A DNA stretch of 64,000 bases from an uncultured Planctomycetaceae bacterium (GTDB lineage: Bacteria > Planctomycetota > Planctomycetia > Planctomycetales > Planctomycetaceae): positions 1 through 64,000 of the forward strand of contig CAWFAK010000004.1 in assembly GCA_963813715.1 (NCBI GenBank). Direction: 5' to 3'. Made by a program: the position numbers and the translations under genes. The first letter of the stretch is position 1. The number at the start of each line of letters is the position of its first letter. Shown one piece after another: positions 11,406-21,513 of this stretch. The notes below the pieces were generated by a model. It saw only the letters and a list, made by a program, of their open reading frames with translations, ran no database searches and was not told the origin of the DNA.

Positions 11406-11901
11406 TAAAATTCGAGACCGACAGCTAGGCCGGCCCCGTCATGTCAATTTACCCCGAAAACGCTTTGGATTTAGTCCGATACTGCAGTTGTCCGCATTCA
11501 GTTGGCAGTCGATTACGATTCCTGGACATGATGCCCGCCTGCAGTTTTTCTTGTTCGTCGACATCACGCGATCAAGATAACGGAACTCGACGGAGCGACG
11601 CCATCAGCCGAGTCGGCAGACGCGATCTGCACGCCGCTGAGGCCCTCTGGCTGGCCCTGAGGCTGCGAGCTGTGGACCAGGACCACGAAAGGCGCGTTGC
11701 GAAAGCGTGCACGATTCACAGTCGACCTGGCAAAAATGGGCTGTAAGGCCATTACCACTTTTACCACTGAACTCCTTGGATACCACGTCTTCTTGCGAGA
11801 AAAGGGCAAGGTTTGCAACGGAATGCAAAGAGCGATAGCATGCCGAAAACTAACTTGCCCTCAAGGGTTTCCAGGCTTTTCGACGAGATTCCCCGGCACG
11901 A

Positions 11902-11943
11902 CTCCGGAGCCAAAGGTTGCAGGTTCGAATCCTGCCGGGAATA
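11902..11943 (+). tRNA. 3' half of tRNA-Arg(CCG): att-site fragment, not a full tRNA
   Basis: CTCCGGA anticodon loop, GCCAA, T-arm GCAGG-TTCGAAT-CCTGC, acceptor strand CGGGAAT; upstream lacks the D-arm and the pairing anticodon strand. Confidence 0.8.
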
Positions 11944-11994
11944 CTGACTTACGTCGACAACCTTTAGGTTGGCACAGATTTTGGCACAGAAACC

Positions 11995-12023
11995 CCCCCG
12001 TCTGTGGCGAACAGACGGGGGGC
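11995..12023. repeat. Perfect inverted repeat CCCCCCGTCTGT/ACAGACGGGGGG after the att site
   Basis: 12-bp stem read directly. Confidence 0.8.
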
Positions 12024-12087
12024 GACTGAAGAGCGAGCACTCCGGCTCACCCTTGGAGCGTTTCAAGGTTCAAGCCGGAGAATCGTC

Positions 12088-12219
12088 ATGCCGAAGTTCG
12101 CCAAGCCCTGGTGCCGAAAAGGACGCGGCTGGTATGTCACGCCGGACGGAAAGCAGATCGCTCTCGGATTGCAGCGCAAAGCGGCCTTTGAGCTCTATCA
12201 CGACCTGATGCGTCGGCCG
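12088..12219 (+). pseudogene. N-terminal stub of a tyrosine integrase (arm-binding region)
   Basis: GGAG RBS, MPKFAKPWCRKGRGWYVTPDGKQIALG..AAFELYHDLM, next to the tRNA fragment; no catalytic domain follows. Confidence 0.65.
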
Positions 12220-12338
12220 CTGGTTCGGGTCCTCGATTGGCAAGCCTGTGACGACGTTGTTCCGGAGCACGAAGGGAATGTTGGTGATCAGCTCCAAGCG
12301 GCGGCTCAACGGGGTAAGAATCGTATAGGAACCGAGGT

Positions 12339-12455
12339 AGGCAGCAACTCCACTGCGGTCACGCCGAGTTGCTGCAGATAAGGGATTTTTTCAATCAAGC
12401 CGGCGAATGTGCCGCGTTTCTGCTCATCGACGCCAGAGTTTGGATGGCGCGTAAA
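12339..12455 (-). pseudogene. glgX: Fragment of glycogen debranching enzyme/isoamylase
   Basis: FTRHPNSGV..RGTFAGLIEKIPYLQQLGVTAVELLP. Confidence 0.8.
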
Positions 12456-12601
12456 CGAGTTCGTGACGTAATGCCGAATGCGATAGCGCGTAAGCCAGGT
12501 CATTGCGTGGCCGACCCAATTTCAGGTTGAGGACCTCAGGCGTCGGAAACGGCGTTACAAAGCGGCTCCTTTGCCATGTGTGAGGTCGCAAACAGCCTGT
12601 G

Positions 12602-14086
12602 CTAATTCGGGAGTTTTAGCTTGATGCGGTACTTGCTTTCCATCTGTCGAGCGACGTCGGCCGTGCCCTGGTACAGCATCTTCCAAATTTCGTCGCGCTG
12701 GCCGGCTGACTTTTCGACTTGGGACTCTTGCTGACCACGGACCTGGTCGAGGTTGTCGACGCTGCTCACCCACAAGGGAACGTAAAGCGGCCCGGAGAGC
12801 GAAGAGTAGCCGTAAAGGCGATAATCGACGGTTTCATCGGTGCGAATCGAACGTTCCAGCTCTTCGAGCTGCACGACCTCTCCGCGCAAAGAAGCGGCCA
12901 GTGCCAGCAATTCCTTGCTCACGTCTCGAGCCCAGTGGACCAGGGCCGGGTCGACGGCCGTCGTCGCAAGGGCCGCAATCCGGCGGGCGAATTGCTCGTG
13001 CCACAGCGCGGTCTTCTGGTATTCGGTCGCGTCGCGATTCTTGTAGAGTAGCGAGTTCAACAGGTCGCAAACTTTGTCGTAATAGGCTGCGGACGCCAGG
13101 GCATTCGGCGTTCGGTCTTCTTTGCCGCCGGCTTCTTCGGCCGAAATGTGCGGCGACTGGATCAGGCTGAGCAAGCGCCGCAGGCCCACCTCATCGAGAG
13201 GCGCCTCGAAGGTCAGTGATTTCTCAGAAAGCGTGGTTTTGGCGGCGGCCAGCGCGTGTGGCCGAGCGCCCGCGTCGTCGAGCCACTGGGCAACGGCCTT
13301 CTCCAGCCCGTTCTCGTGCTTCCCGATCGGCAGGTCGAAGTCGAGTCGCAGCTCCGCGACGATTGCCTGCGAGACTCGCACCGATATCCGCGCCATTTTG
13401 AGCGACGACAGAACCTTCGCCAGCCCTTCGATGTCGTCGGTCGCGCGGAGCTTCGGCGTCCCCACAATCCAATTCAGCACGGAGCGCGGGTTGAGCCTGC
13501 CTTTGAGATCGACGACGATCGCGACTTGATCGCTCGATTCGGCCTTGAGCGCGTCGACAATCGCCGGCGCGATCGGCGTCAACTGCTTTTCATCGAGTGC
13601 GGTAACCCACGCCGATGCGGCCTGGCGATTTGCCGGCTGCATCGCACCGGTCAATCCGTTGGCAAGCTGGATGAAGCAGACGTTGCGCGGAGACATGACC
13701 GCGGAATGTCCGGCCAACTTTTCCATCGAAGCCATCTCGTGCTTGGCGATGTCTGTGATGATCGAGGAGCGGTCCATCACATAAATCGAGTACGTCACCG
13801 GCTCGCCGCGGTTCGCCGAACCGACCGTCGTCGCCTGAATGATTTCTTTCACCCACGGCGGGCCGGAAAGGAGCCCTTCGGCATAGGCGGTACGCGCTTT
13901 GTCGAACCATTTGCCGCGCTTACCTAATGGGCTATTGACCAGACTCCGCATGTGCACGACTGCGATCGCATTACACGAGCCGGGGACCGCGCTGAACGGA
14001 TCGTTCCCGGCCGCCACTCCCGCGGACCCGATCATTTCAAGGACGCCGATCATAAGCAGCGCAGGAATTAGCCGATCGATGAACAT
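12602..14086 (-). CDS. Secreted hypothetical protein
   Basis: 494-aa ORF with signal peptide and RBS. Confidence 0.75.
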   Translation of the reverse strand: MFIDRLIPALLMIGVLEMIGSAGVAAGNDPFSAVPGSCNAIAVVHMRSLVNSPLGKRGKWFDKARTAYAEGLLSGPPWVKEIIQATTVGSANRGEPVTYSIYVMDRSSIITDIAKHEMASMEKLAGHSAVMSPRNVCFIQLANGLTGAMQPANRQAASAWVTALDEKQLTPIAPAIVDALKAESSDQVAIVVDLKGRLNPRSVLNWIVGTPKLRATDDIEGLAKVLSSLKMARISVRVSQAIVAELRLDFDLPIGKHENGLEKAVAQWLDDAGARPHALAAAKTTLSEKSLTFEAPLDEVGLRRLLSLIQSPHISAEEAGGKEDRTPNALASAAYYDKVCDLLNSLLYKNRDATEYQKTALWHEQFARRIAALATTAVDPALVHWARDVSKELLALAASLRGEVVQLEELERSIRTDETVDYRLYGYSSLSGPLYVPLWVSSVDNLDQVRGQQESQVEKSAGQRDEIWKMLYQGTADVARQMESKYRIKLKLPN

Positions 14087-14353
14087 AAGGCTCTACCCTT
14101 TCTCGCCGGATGGTCCCGAGATGTGTCCGCGACTTGAGTCCGCGCCGCGTTCGCGTTGCCCCGATTGCGCCCCTTGAGCCCGCATCTCTCGGACTTCAGT
14201 CCGAGAGCGTTCTCCCGTCGCCAGCGCAGAGTCTGCGGTGAACTCCGAGTGACATGCTCGCAGTCGAACGTGATCGTCATGAGCGTGGGGTTTCTCTCGG
14301 CGACACGCGAAAAGGGGAAAGGACAACGTCAATCGCCGGGTCGCTCTGGTGTT

Positions 14354-14530
14354 CTAGACGTTATCGCCTTCGGTCGAAGTGCGCGCGCCCTCGGCCGAAC
14401 TTGTTTGCATCCACGTCCAATTGCGGATCTCGGGCATGTCGTCGCCGTGCTTGTCGATGTACTGCTTGTGCTCGATCAGCTTCTCATGGATCGCCTGCTT
14501 GAAATACGCGGCGCGGGCACCGAGTTGCGG
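14354..14530 (-). pseudogene. xfp: C-terminal fragment of phosphoketolase
   Basis: Own translation: PQLGARAAYFKQAIHEKLIEHKQYIDKHGDDMPEIRNWTW..STEGDNV*. Confidence 0.75.
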
Positions 14531-14532
14531 TC

Positions 14533-14748
14533 CCAGTAAGGATTCGCGTACTCATCATAGCCGGTGTCGTAAAAAAGGGATCCGGCCGCCCACGAGGTGA
14601 GACCAATTGCCGCGGAAGTGACGCCCCACGCGGCCCAAGGGTGCTGATAGCCAGCTCCATATCCCCAATGTCCGCTCCAGTAGCCGTGGTACCAGTCGTT
14701 ATGCACGTTCTGCCAATGGTCGTGTCGATTATTGATCCGATCGGCACG
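14533..14748 (-). pseudogene. Internal fragment of a Trp/Gly/Tyr-rich Planctomycete secreted protein
   Basis: HNDWYHGYWSGHWGYG..WAAWG..YANPYW with no own start or end. Confidence 0.5.
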
Positions 14749-15428
14749 GTAAGCGGGTCCCAGCCGATTCTCTGGGTCAGGTGCATCGCATTGCTGCCCT
14801 GCACGCGAATGTTGATGTCTGACAGCAGAAAATTCTTGTTGTCGCTCCACTTGCAGGAGGTGATCACGACCGAATCGGGGCTTTCATCGATCCAGTCGCC
14901 GACGAGCCATTCCAGGGGCATGAGCCGTTCGTGGTTGGTCAGCTCGGAGTCTTCGGTTTCGCGCACGAATCCGATCAGCCACCTTCCGTCTGAGGATTTG
15001 AGATGCACGGCGGTGTAAGTGGATATATCGGGAGTGCCTGCCGCGCTTGGCGTGACCGTGGACTTACCGATCTCGATGGCCAGGGCCGATCCGACGAAAC
15101 GAATCGATTCGACGTCGAGCTTAATGCGCCCTTGCGGCGACTCGGCAAAGGTCCCCGCGACCCGCTTTTCGATCGCGTCGCGCCCCTGCGTCGTCTCTCC
15201 GTCCTCGTCGATCACGTGAGCCTCGGTTGAGAACAGCCCTGCGACCGCCTTGGCGTCGTGGGCGTTGTACGCTTTAACGAATGCCTCTACGTTGCCGCGG
15301 ATCGTTGACTCGTCCTTGGAGTTGCTCGAACGCGGCTTGTGGGTGGACTCTTCTTGATCTTGGCCGACGAGCGTTGACGACAACGCAACTAGAATCACCA
15401 GGATTCCGTTTCGAATCGATGCACGCAT
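14749..15428 (-). pseudogene. SgcJ/EcaC-like (NTF2/DUF4440) secreted protein, 3'-truncated
   Basis: FVKAYNAHDAKAVAGLF..GRDAIE; LEWLVGDW..IGWDPLT then abrupt change of sequence. Confidence 0.7.
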
Positions 15429-15690
15429 GGTTTACCTTCGGATGGGCCGCCAAAGCTTGCCGAACGCATGCTGTAGCAATTGCAGAGTGATGGATGTTTC
15501 TCGGTACTGAAAGATGCAGCCGGCGACGCGTTGGTCTGCGGCCCCACCGAAACGATGCTTGTTCGATCCCTGTCTCAGTTGCTCGATGACGCGACCTTCC
15601 GGCGCCGCAGGATATTACGGCGCCGGAGGGCCATTCTTTCTGGTCATGATGCTGTGGTGAAAATCAAGTTCACAGGCTCAGTCGTCTTCG

Positions 15691-16557
15691 TCATCCCCTG
15701 ACGACGTCCACGACCTGCGCGACCTCCTCCCTGGCGGCAGCACGCAACTTGTTGCCGGCCTCGTGAACCTTGGGCCGGTATTCCTGTCTGATTTCGGCGA
15801 TCTTCGTCTTTTGCTCGTCCGTCAGGTTCAGGTCGGCGAGGTTCGCGATCCGGTGAGCCCAGCGATCACGGACGCGCTCTTTGCGCTCTTCCTTCAACTC
15901 CGGGAGTTTTTCCTGTTGCTCCGCGGTGAGGACGGATTTGATCTTCTCCAATTCATCCCTCACGACCGTCACCAGCTCTTTGCCGATGGCTTCGACTTTC
16001 GTCTTTTGTTCGTCGTTGAGATTGAGGGATTCCCGGATTTCTCTGCGGCTCTTCCCCGCTTTCAGGCCGTCCTCTCGGGCCTTCTTCTGTTCGTCGGTCA
16101 GGAGACCGGTCAATTCCTTCATGACCTTCTCGATCTTCGGGCGGTACTCTTCCCGAATTTCGGCGATCTGCCCGGTCTCAGCGTCGGTCAAATCCATATC
16201 GCGCAGGTGGGCGATCCTCTCGGCCACACCTTCAAACCGATGCTCCTTCCGCTCTTCCTTGAGCGTTTCGAGCTTCTCCTTTTGGTCCGACGTGAGAAGC
16301 GCTCGAACCTTTTCCACCTCTTCCTTGACGACCGCGGCCAATTCTTCAGCGGCCGCTTTCACCTTGGGGCGACATTCCTTTCTGATGTCTGCAATCTTCG
16401 TGTCCTGCTCATCGGTCAGATGGAGGTCCGCCATCCTGGCGGCTAGGCGTTCGCGCACTCCTTCGCGGTCCTCCCCCTTTGACTCCTGCGCCCGAGCGAC
16501 CTTCTGGCAAACCAAGATCGCTGCCATCAGACTGACCAAAACGCACAGGTTCCTCAT
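15691..16557 (-). CDS. Spy/CpxP-like (LTxxQ repeat) periplasmic protein
   Basis: Signal peptide and six LTxEQ-type motifs in three repeat units. Confidence 0.75.
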   Translation of the reverse strand: MRNLCVLVSLMAAILVCQKVARAQESKGEDREGVRERLAARMADLHLTDEQDTKIADIRKECRPKVKAAAEELAAVVKEEVEKVRALLTSDQKEKLETLKEERKEHRFEGVAERIAHLRDMDLTDAETGQIAEIREEYRPKIEKVMKELTGLLTDEQKKAREDGLKAGKSRREIRESLNLNDEQKTKVEAIGKELVTVVRDELEKIKSVLTAEQQEKLPELKEERKERVRDRWAHRIANLADLNLTDEQKTKIAEIRQEYRPKVHEAGNKLRAAAREEVAQVVDVVRG

Positions 16558-17419
16558 CGTCAGTCTCCTTCTTAGGTGGAACGAACAGCAGACGAGCCTG
16601 CCCGTCCTGCCAGGACAAAAAGGCAGAAACCGTCGGAGCTGTCCGTTGTTGCCTGGGACCCATTCCCATGACGCACGCCCCTTCACATTCCGCTTTTTTC
16701 TCGATGGCCCAGACCTCCTTTCTGTCTGACGTTTTCCGATCGACACGATTTGCTGGTCGATTGGGCGCTCGCTGGGCGCACAGGTATTCCTGTGTTGAAC
16801 GAACCGCTTCGCGTCCTGCCGGACCGGACCGGCACCTCCTGAAGCTCAGCTTCACTTGGTGGATTTCCAAACCGAGTCGAATTGGGCGATGACCGTTCTC
16901 AGCAATCGTGATGCGGCAAACGCATTTGACGGTACGCCGCGGGAACGCCTTGACCACAGGCGCTGCGGCGGCGCGGCCGATGGCCTGACGCCCAATGCCG
17001 AGGGTGGCCCGACTCGGCAAAGAAAAGCCTCGGCGTGCCCCGTGTGGTTTGTAACGGGGCGTGCTGACCTGGCTTTCGAATAGTGTGAACTCGGGACGCG
17101 CTCCGACGTCGGTAAGCTCACTGTGACGATCGCAGCAGTCGTCGCCGCAACCCGATCGCGCTACGCCACTGCTTCGAGACGGAGCTCGTGGCGACTCAGT
17201 GAGCGAAGGAACCCCGAAGCTTGTATCGGGGCTTCTCTTCGCAGGAATTGAAAACCTCAGCTCCGTGAACTGGAGCAATGAAAGGCATTCACTGCCAAGA
17301 ATTCTCGTTCTCGTCAACGAGCGCCTGGCAGTCTGCGCTCGTGGATCACAAATGTCAACGACACCCGGTCACGGGCGGGCACTGGCGGACATTCGGTTCG
17401 TGAGCCGTGTCCCGCCCAT

Positions 17420-17836
17420 GCCGGAGGAGCCGATGGAATTCTGCATGTGTACGACGCGAAGACAGGACGCGAAATCAACCACGTGCCGACGGGCCAGATC
17501 GAAATCAATGCCACGGTCTTTGCTCCGGACGGCAAGACGATCGCGACCAGTGGTGACGATGAGACGATTCGTCTTTGGGATGCAGTCGACGGCAAGCCGC
17601 GTTTGCGCATCTCCGGTCCGAAAGGACGACATGCCTTTTCCGTCCTCTTCACGCCAAGCGGCGGGCAGATCGTGACCACTTGGAACGATCCCGTGATCCG
17701 TATTTTCAACACCCAGACCGGCGCGTTGGAGGGAGAATTGAAAGACTCCAAAGATACAGTCAACCAGATCGCACTCGCGCCCGACGGCAAGACGCTGGCG
17801 TCGGGGAGCGACGATGGTGCCGCACGGCTTTGGTAG
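17420..17836 (+). pseudogene. WD40-repeat fragment
   Basis: FAPDGKTIATSGDDETIRLWD, LAPDGKTLASGSDDGAARLW; only about three blades. Confidence 0.7.
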
Positions 17837-17936
17837 ATTTGTTTGATCCATCGCATTCTCGGTTCTGAGTATCTGTCATGATCGTGAGCCCGTTGCACAT
17901 TGCGGCGAGGGTGGGCACCAACGGCGTTGTTCCACG

Positions 17937-19823
17937 TCACGGGTGCGCCGATTCCAGCACCAATTGACCGACGTTTTGCGGAGTTGTCGGCGTCGTCCGC
18001 TGCATCAGTGGCTGGAGGAGGCCGTGGATCTTTTCTTGAGCCGCGGCCAAGGTGCCGACGAGCGCTGTTGTCGGCCCGCAACCGAGGCGCTCTTTCGTCT
18101 TGTTCAAGTCGCCTGTGGCGTTCCACAATCCGACGATCAGATGTGCGTCTGGAAATCGCCCCTGAAGACGTTTGCAAAGGTAACGCGCATGCGCGGCAGC
18201 TGTGGGAGGCATGGCCGAAATGCAAACCACGTCCGCTTTGCGCTGCTCAACGAGATCGACCATTTCGCTGGCGAGCGCGGTCACCGAGATCGCCTCGACG
18301 ACGCACCCCTTTTCTGCCAATAACTGCGCGAGCATGCGTCCGGCGATTTCGTCGGCCTCGTCGCGTGCGGGGAGGCAAAGGACGCGAACGTTCGACTCAT
18401 TGGTCGACGCGAGGGGTTCCGGGGCGCCGTCAGGCTCTTTCGCCGTCTTGACAGCCTCTTTCGCCCGCATTTCTTGGTGGCGCTCACCCAGTTCTTCAAC
18501 CGTTTCCTTGAGGCTCTGGAAGATGAATTTGTGCCGGTCCTCGTTGATCTCCCCGCGCTGCCAATGGGTTTCCGCTAAGGCCAATGCTGGGATCAGCACC
18601 GTGTCGTAGACTTCGCCCAGCGGCATCTGCTCGAGATAGCCCTCGATCAACTCGTTCGCCTCTTCCTGGTCTCCCGCGAGCAGCCGCTGATAGACACGCT
18701 TTTTGGGCTCGAAAACTTCCTCATTGCCCAGCAGGATGTCCAGGAACGCGAGTTGGGGCACGTACTTACCGATCACCATCAGACATACGGTCAGCGGAGT
18801 CGCGAGCAGCAACCCGACGGCACCCCACAACCAGGTCCAAAACACGGCCGCCACCAGAACCGCCACAGGGGAGACTCCCGTGTTCTTGCCATAGAGCCAC
18901 GGTTCCATCACGTTGCCGATGAACAGCTCCAGCCCGGCAAACAGGCCCACGGTAAGCATCGGAGCGACCCACCCCGTCGAGAGCGCCAGTGACAGGCCAA
19001 TCGGCACTGCGGCCGCGATCCACGCGCCGATATAAGGAATGAACCGCAGCGTCGCTCCCAAAATTCCCCACAGCAAGGCGCTGGGCACGCCGATCAGGTA
19101 CAGCCCAAGGGCGACCGCGATGCCGAACGTGACGTTCAGCACCAGCTGCATCGAGAGGTAGCGGCTGACCCGCGTGGCGGCATCTTCGATTGCCTGGGTG
19201 GTGACTGTCACGTCGCCTTTTCCCACCAGGCGGATGAATCGATCGCGCAAATCCTCGCGCCGGACCAGGAAAAAGATGACCAGCACGATTACGATGCCGG
19301 TCGACCCCATCACTTCGAGCAGCGTGCCGAACATCCCCGTAATGACCTGCACGGGGCTGGGCGGCGTACTGATCACACGAACTGAATAGGGGTGCTCTTC
19401 CCGACTTTGCGGCTCGGCGTTCGACGGTGATGACGAGGCAGTCGGAGCCTGATTCTCGGTCGTCCTGGTGACCTTAGTCAGCAGGTCGCCGACATACTCA
19501 TTCGTGGCATGCAACTTCGTTTGAATGTTGGCCTGGTACTCAGGCATTTTTGGCGCCAGATTGCTCATCTGGACCACGGCCATCCACGACACGACGCCCA
19601 ACATCGTGAAGGCCAGGAGTGCCGTCACCAGAACAGCCGGAATTCGGCCGAACCGCCAACGCTCGAGTCGATCGCAAACCGGACTCAGTAGAAAGCTGAG
19701 CAGCACGGCCAACGTTAGAGGAACGAGGACCCCTTTGGCGAGGTACAGCGCCCCCGTGACGACTGCGATCGACGCCAGCGTTAAGATGCCCGACAACTTT
19801 GCGAGGGGCTCAGGAGCCGCCAT
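17937..19823 (-). CDS. AI-2E family transporter with C-terminal B12-binding-like domain
   Basis: LRFIPYIG, EPWLYGKNTGVSPV, GLLLATPLT; C-terminal DEIAGRMLAQLL..VVCISA. Confidence 0.9.
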   Translation of the reverse strand: MAAPEPLAKLSGILTLASIAVVTGALYLAKGVLVPLTLAVLLSFLLSPVCDRLERWRFGRIPAVLVTALLAFTMLGVVSWMAVVQMSNLAPKMPEYQANIQTKLHATNEYVGDLLTKVTRTTENQAPTASSSPSNAEPQSREEHPYSVRVISTPPSPVQVITGMFGTLLEVMGSTGIVIVLVIFFLVRREDLRDRFIRLVGKGDVTVTTQAIEDAATRVSRYLSMQLVLNVTFGIAVALGLYLIGVPSALLWGILGATLRFIPYIGAWIAAAVPIGLSLALSTGWVAPMLTVGLFAGLELFIGNVMEPWLYGKNTGVSPVAVLVAAVFWTWLWGAVGLLLATPLTVCLMVIGKYVPQLAFLDILLGNEEVFEPKKRVYQRLLAGDQEEANELIEGYLEQMPLGEVYDTVLIPALALAETHWQRGEINEDRHKFIFQSLKETVEELGERHQEMRAKEAVKTAKEPDGAPEPLASTNESNVRVLCLPARDEADEIAGRMLAQLLAEKGCVVEAISVTALASEMVDLVEQRKADVVCISAMPPTAAAHARYLCKRLQGRFPDAHLIVGLWNATGDLNKTKERLGCGPTTALVGTLAAAQEKIHGLLQPLMQRTTPTTPQNVGQLVLESAHP

Positions 19824-19880
19824 GCGATCCTCATTCCGCCCCGCGCCCGTGACGCGAGAGGCGCTTCCAAAAACACTCGC

Positions 19881-20156
19881 TCACTTTTGATCCGCCGCGG
19901 GTTGTGCCGGGGCGGCCGTCTGGTCATCGCTCTTTTCCGCAGGAGCGTCCGACTTGCCCTTCACCTGGTTTCCCAGATTTTTGACTTTCTGGGCGACTTT
20001 CTTCTCGTCCTCTTTGATCTTGGTCGCATCCGCCGAGAAGGTGACATTGCGTTGGTCGTTGGCAGCCTCCGAAGTGACTTGGAACCACCCGCGGTAGAAG
20101 CCCATGCCGGCGAGACAGACCACGACAAACGCCAGGAAGATCAAGAATCGTTTCAT
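19881..20156 (-). CDS. Small membrane-anchored hypothetical protein
   Basis: AAGGA RBS, TM then GFYRGWF. Confidence 0.75.
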   Translation of the reverse strand: MKRFLIFLAFVVVCLAGMGFYRGWFQVTSEAANDQRNVTFSADATKIKEDEKKVAQKVKNLGNQVKGKSDAPAEKSDDQTAAPAQPAADQK

Positions 20157-20178
20157 TTCAAATTCCTTCGCAACCGCT

Positions 20179-20325
20179 TTAGCGGACTCTGCGTCCCTGC
20201 AGCAGATTGAAGATCAAAACCACGACCGCGACGACCAACAGAATGTGGATCAAGTTGCCCGCGACGCCGAATCCGAGTCCCAAAGCCCACATGACCAGCA
20301 GAACTAACAGGAGAGTCCACAACAT
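20179..20325 (-). CDS. lmo0937-like (DUF5670) small membrane protein
   Basis: Own translation: MLWTLLLVLLVMWALGLGFGVAGNLIHILLVVAVVVLIFNLLQGRRVR. Confidence 0.8.
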   Translation of the reverse strand: MLWTLLLVLLVMWALGLGFGVAGNLIHILLVVAVVVLIFNLLQGRRVR

Positions 20326-20427
20326 AAAACGCCTCATGAATTGAAGATGTGTAGCAGAGATTCAGTCAGTAACGCTCACTAGAGCCAGACAGGTTTGGCA
20401 GACAGCGACGCTGCCAGCCGTTATTTC

Positions 20428-21135
20428 TCACTGGGTGCCGCTCTCAGCCGATCGAGGCTGACGCGGTGGGACCTTCGCGTAGAACTCGCGCGCCTGCGCC
20501 AGCAACTCCGGCTCGGTCGTGTGCTTTTCGTCGATCGGGACACTGCCCACGACGCGTTTAGCCAAATCGGGGTGATGGCGATCGAGTTCGGCGAGCAGCT
20601 GAACCATGGCACTGCTCGCACCGGTTCCTGGGCCGAACAACAAGATCTGCTCGGCGCTCCGTAGCGTCTTCGCCACGGCTTCGTAAAAGCTTTTGCGCTC
20701 GGGCCGGCGCTGGCCGTTGGCATCGTTGTCAACATTGTGGAGGTGCCGGCCAGCGCCGTCGGGGTCATCCGGCACGATCCGCTCCGGCAACGAACCAGGG
20801 ACGTCAGCCTGGTAGATGCGGGCCTGGCGGTGGTCGATCACGACGAACAGACGACTGCCCTTTGCTTTCAGCGGCAGGACTTTCGTGCCGGATCGCTCGA
20901 GGAATTGTCGGACCTCTCGCAGTTGCTCCGTGCCGACGAAGCTCTTGTCAGCCGGCTGCAAGAACAGCGTGTTGCCGTTTCCCGTGATCTTCAGCTCTCC
21001 GCCGTTTTCTTCGACCGTGTCGACAAGCGCGTTCAGCAAGGAGCGAAGGTCCTGCCATTCCAGGTCGTGCGGCATTGAATCGCCGCCGATCGCCTCATAA
21101 GTGTGCCGCTGTGAGTCGCTGAGTTGTTTTTTCAT
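20428..21135 (-). CDS. Host-attachment/eRF1-like domain protein with HicA-like N-terminus
   Basis: LEWQDLRSLL..VRQFLERSG then VVIDHRQARIY..FYEAVAKTL..ILLFGPGTG. Confidence 0.6.
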   Translation of the reverse strand: MKKQLSDSQRHTYEAIGGDSMPHDLEWQDLRSLLNALVDTVEENGGELKITGNGNTLFLQPADKSFVGTEQLREVRQFLERSGTKVLPLKAKGSRLFVVIDHRQARIYQADVPGSLPERIVPDDPDGAGRHLHNVDNDANGQRRPERKSFYEAVAKTLRSAEQILLFGPGTGASSAMVQLLAELDRHHPDLAKRVVGSVPIDEKHTTEPELLAQAREFYAKVPPRQPRSAESGTQ

Positions 21136-21209
21136 CAGATCTCTCTCTAGAGCATTGGCGACCATTGGGGCTGCCAATGCCGATTGTTCTCGCACGTCGA
21201 CCGGACAAC

Positions 21210-21416
21210 CTAAGGGCTCGCGTCAATCAAACTGAGCTGTCGGCGCGTCTCCGCCCAGGCGGCCGCAAAGAGCTCGATGTCGAAGTCGCCGTATTCTTCG
21301 CAGACACGCCGTTCGCACTCGGCGCTCGTCAACGCGGCACGGCTCGAATCCGGGACACTCAAGAGAATCTCCCGGACGGCTTCCGACAAATAGGTTTTGG
21401 ACAGTTTCTTCTGCAT
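21210..21416 (-). CDS. Small hypothetical protein
   Basis: 68-aa ORF with GAGG RBS, in operon. Confidence 0.5.
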   Translation of the reverse strand: MQKKLSKTYLSEAVREILLSVPDSSRAALTSAECERRVCEEYGDFDIELFAAAWAETRRQLSLIDASP

Positions 21417-21513
21417 ACTCGCCTCTTCGCTGCTTTCTCACACGGACGGCAATGAGCGCGCTCAGACGCGAGAATTGCCGAGCGATCCCAAACTCGCGCG
21501 TCGTATGGCAGGT

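Noticed and set aside
11860..11945. Complete tRNA gene
   Set aside because: No D-arm and no pairing 5' acceptor or anticodon strands; only the 3' half is present
15763..16729. Long antisense ORFs (also 30088, 37400, 39223, 40802, 45083)
   Set aside because: Shadows of high-GC genes on the opposite strand
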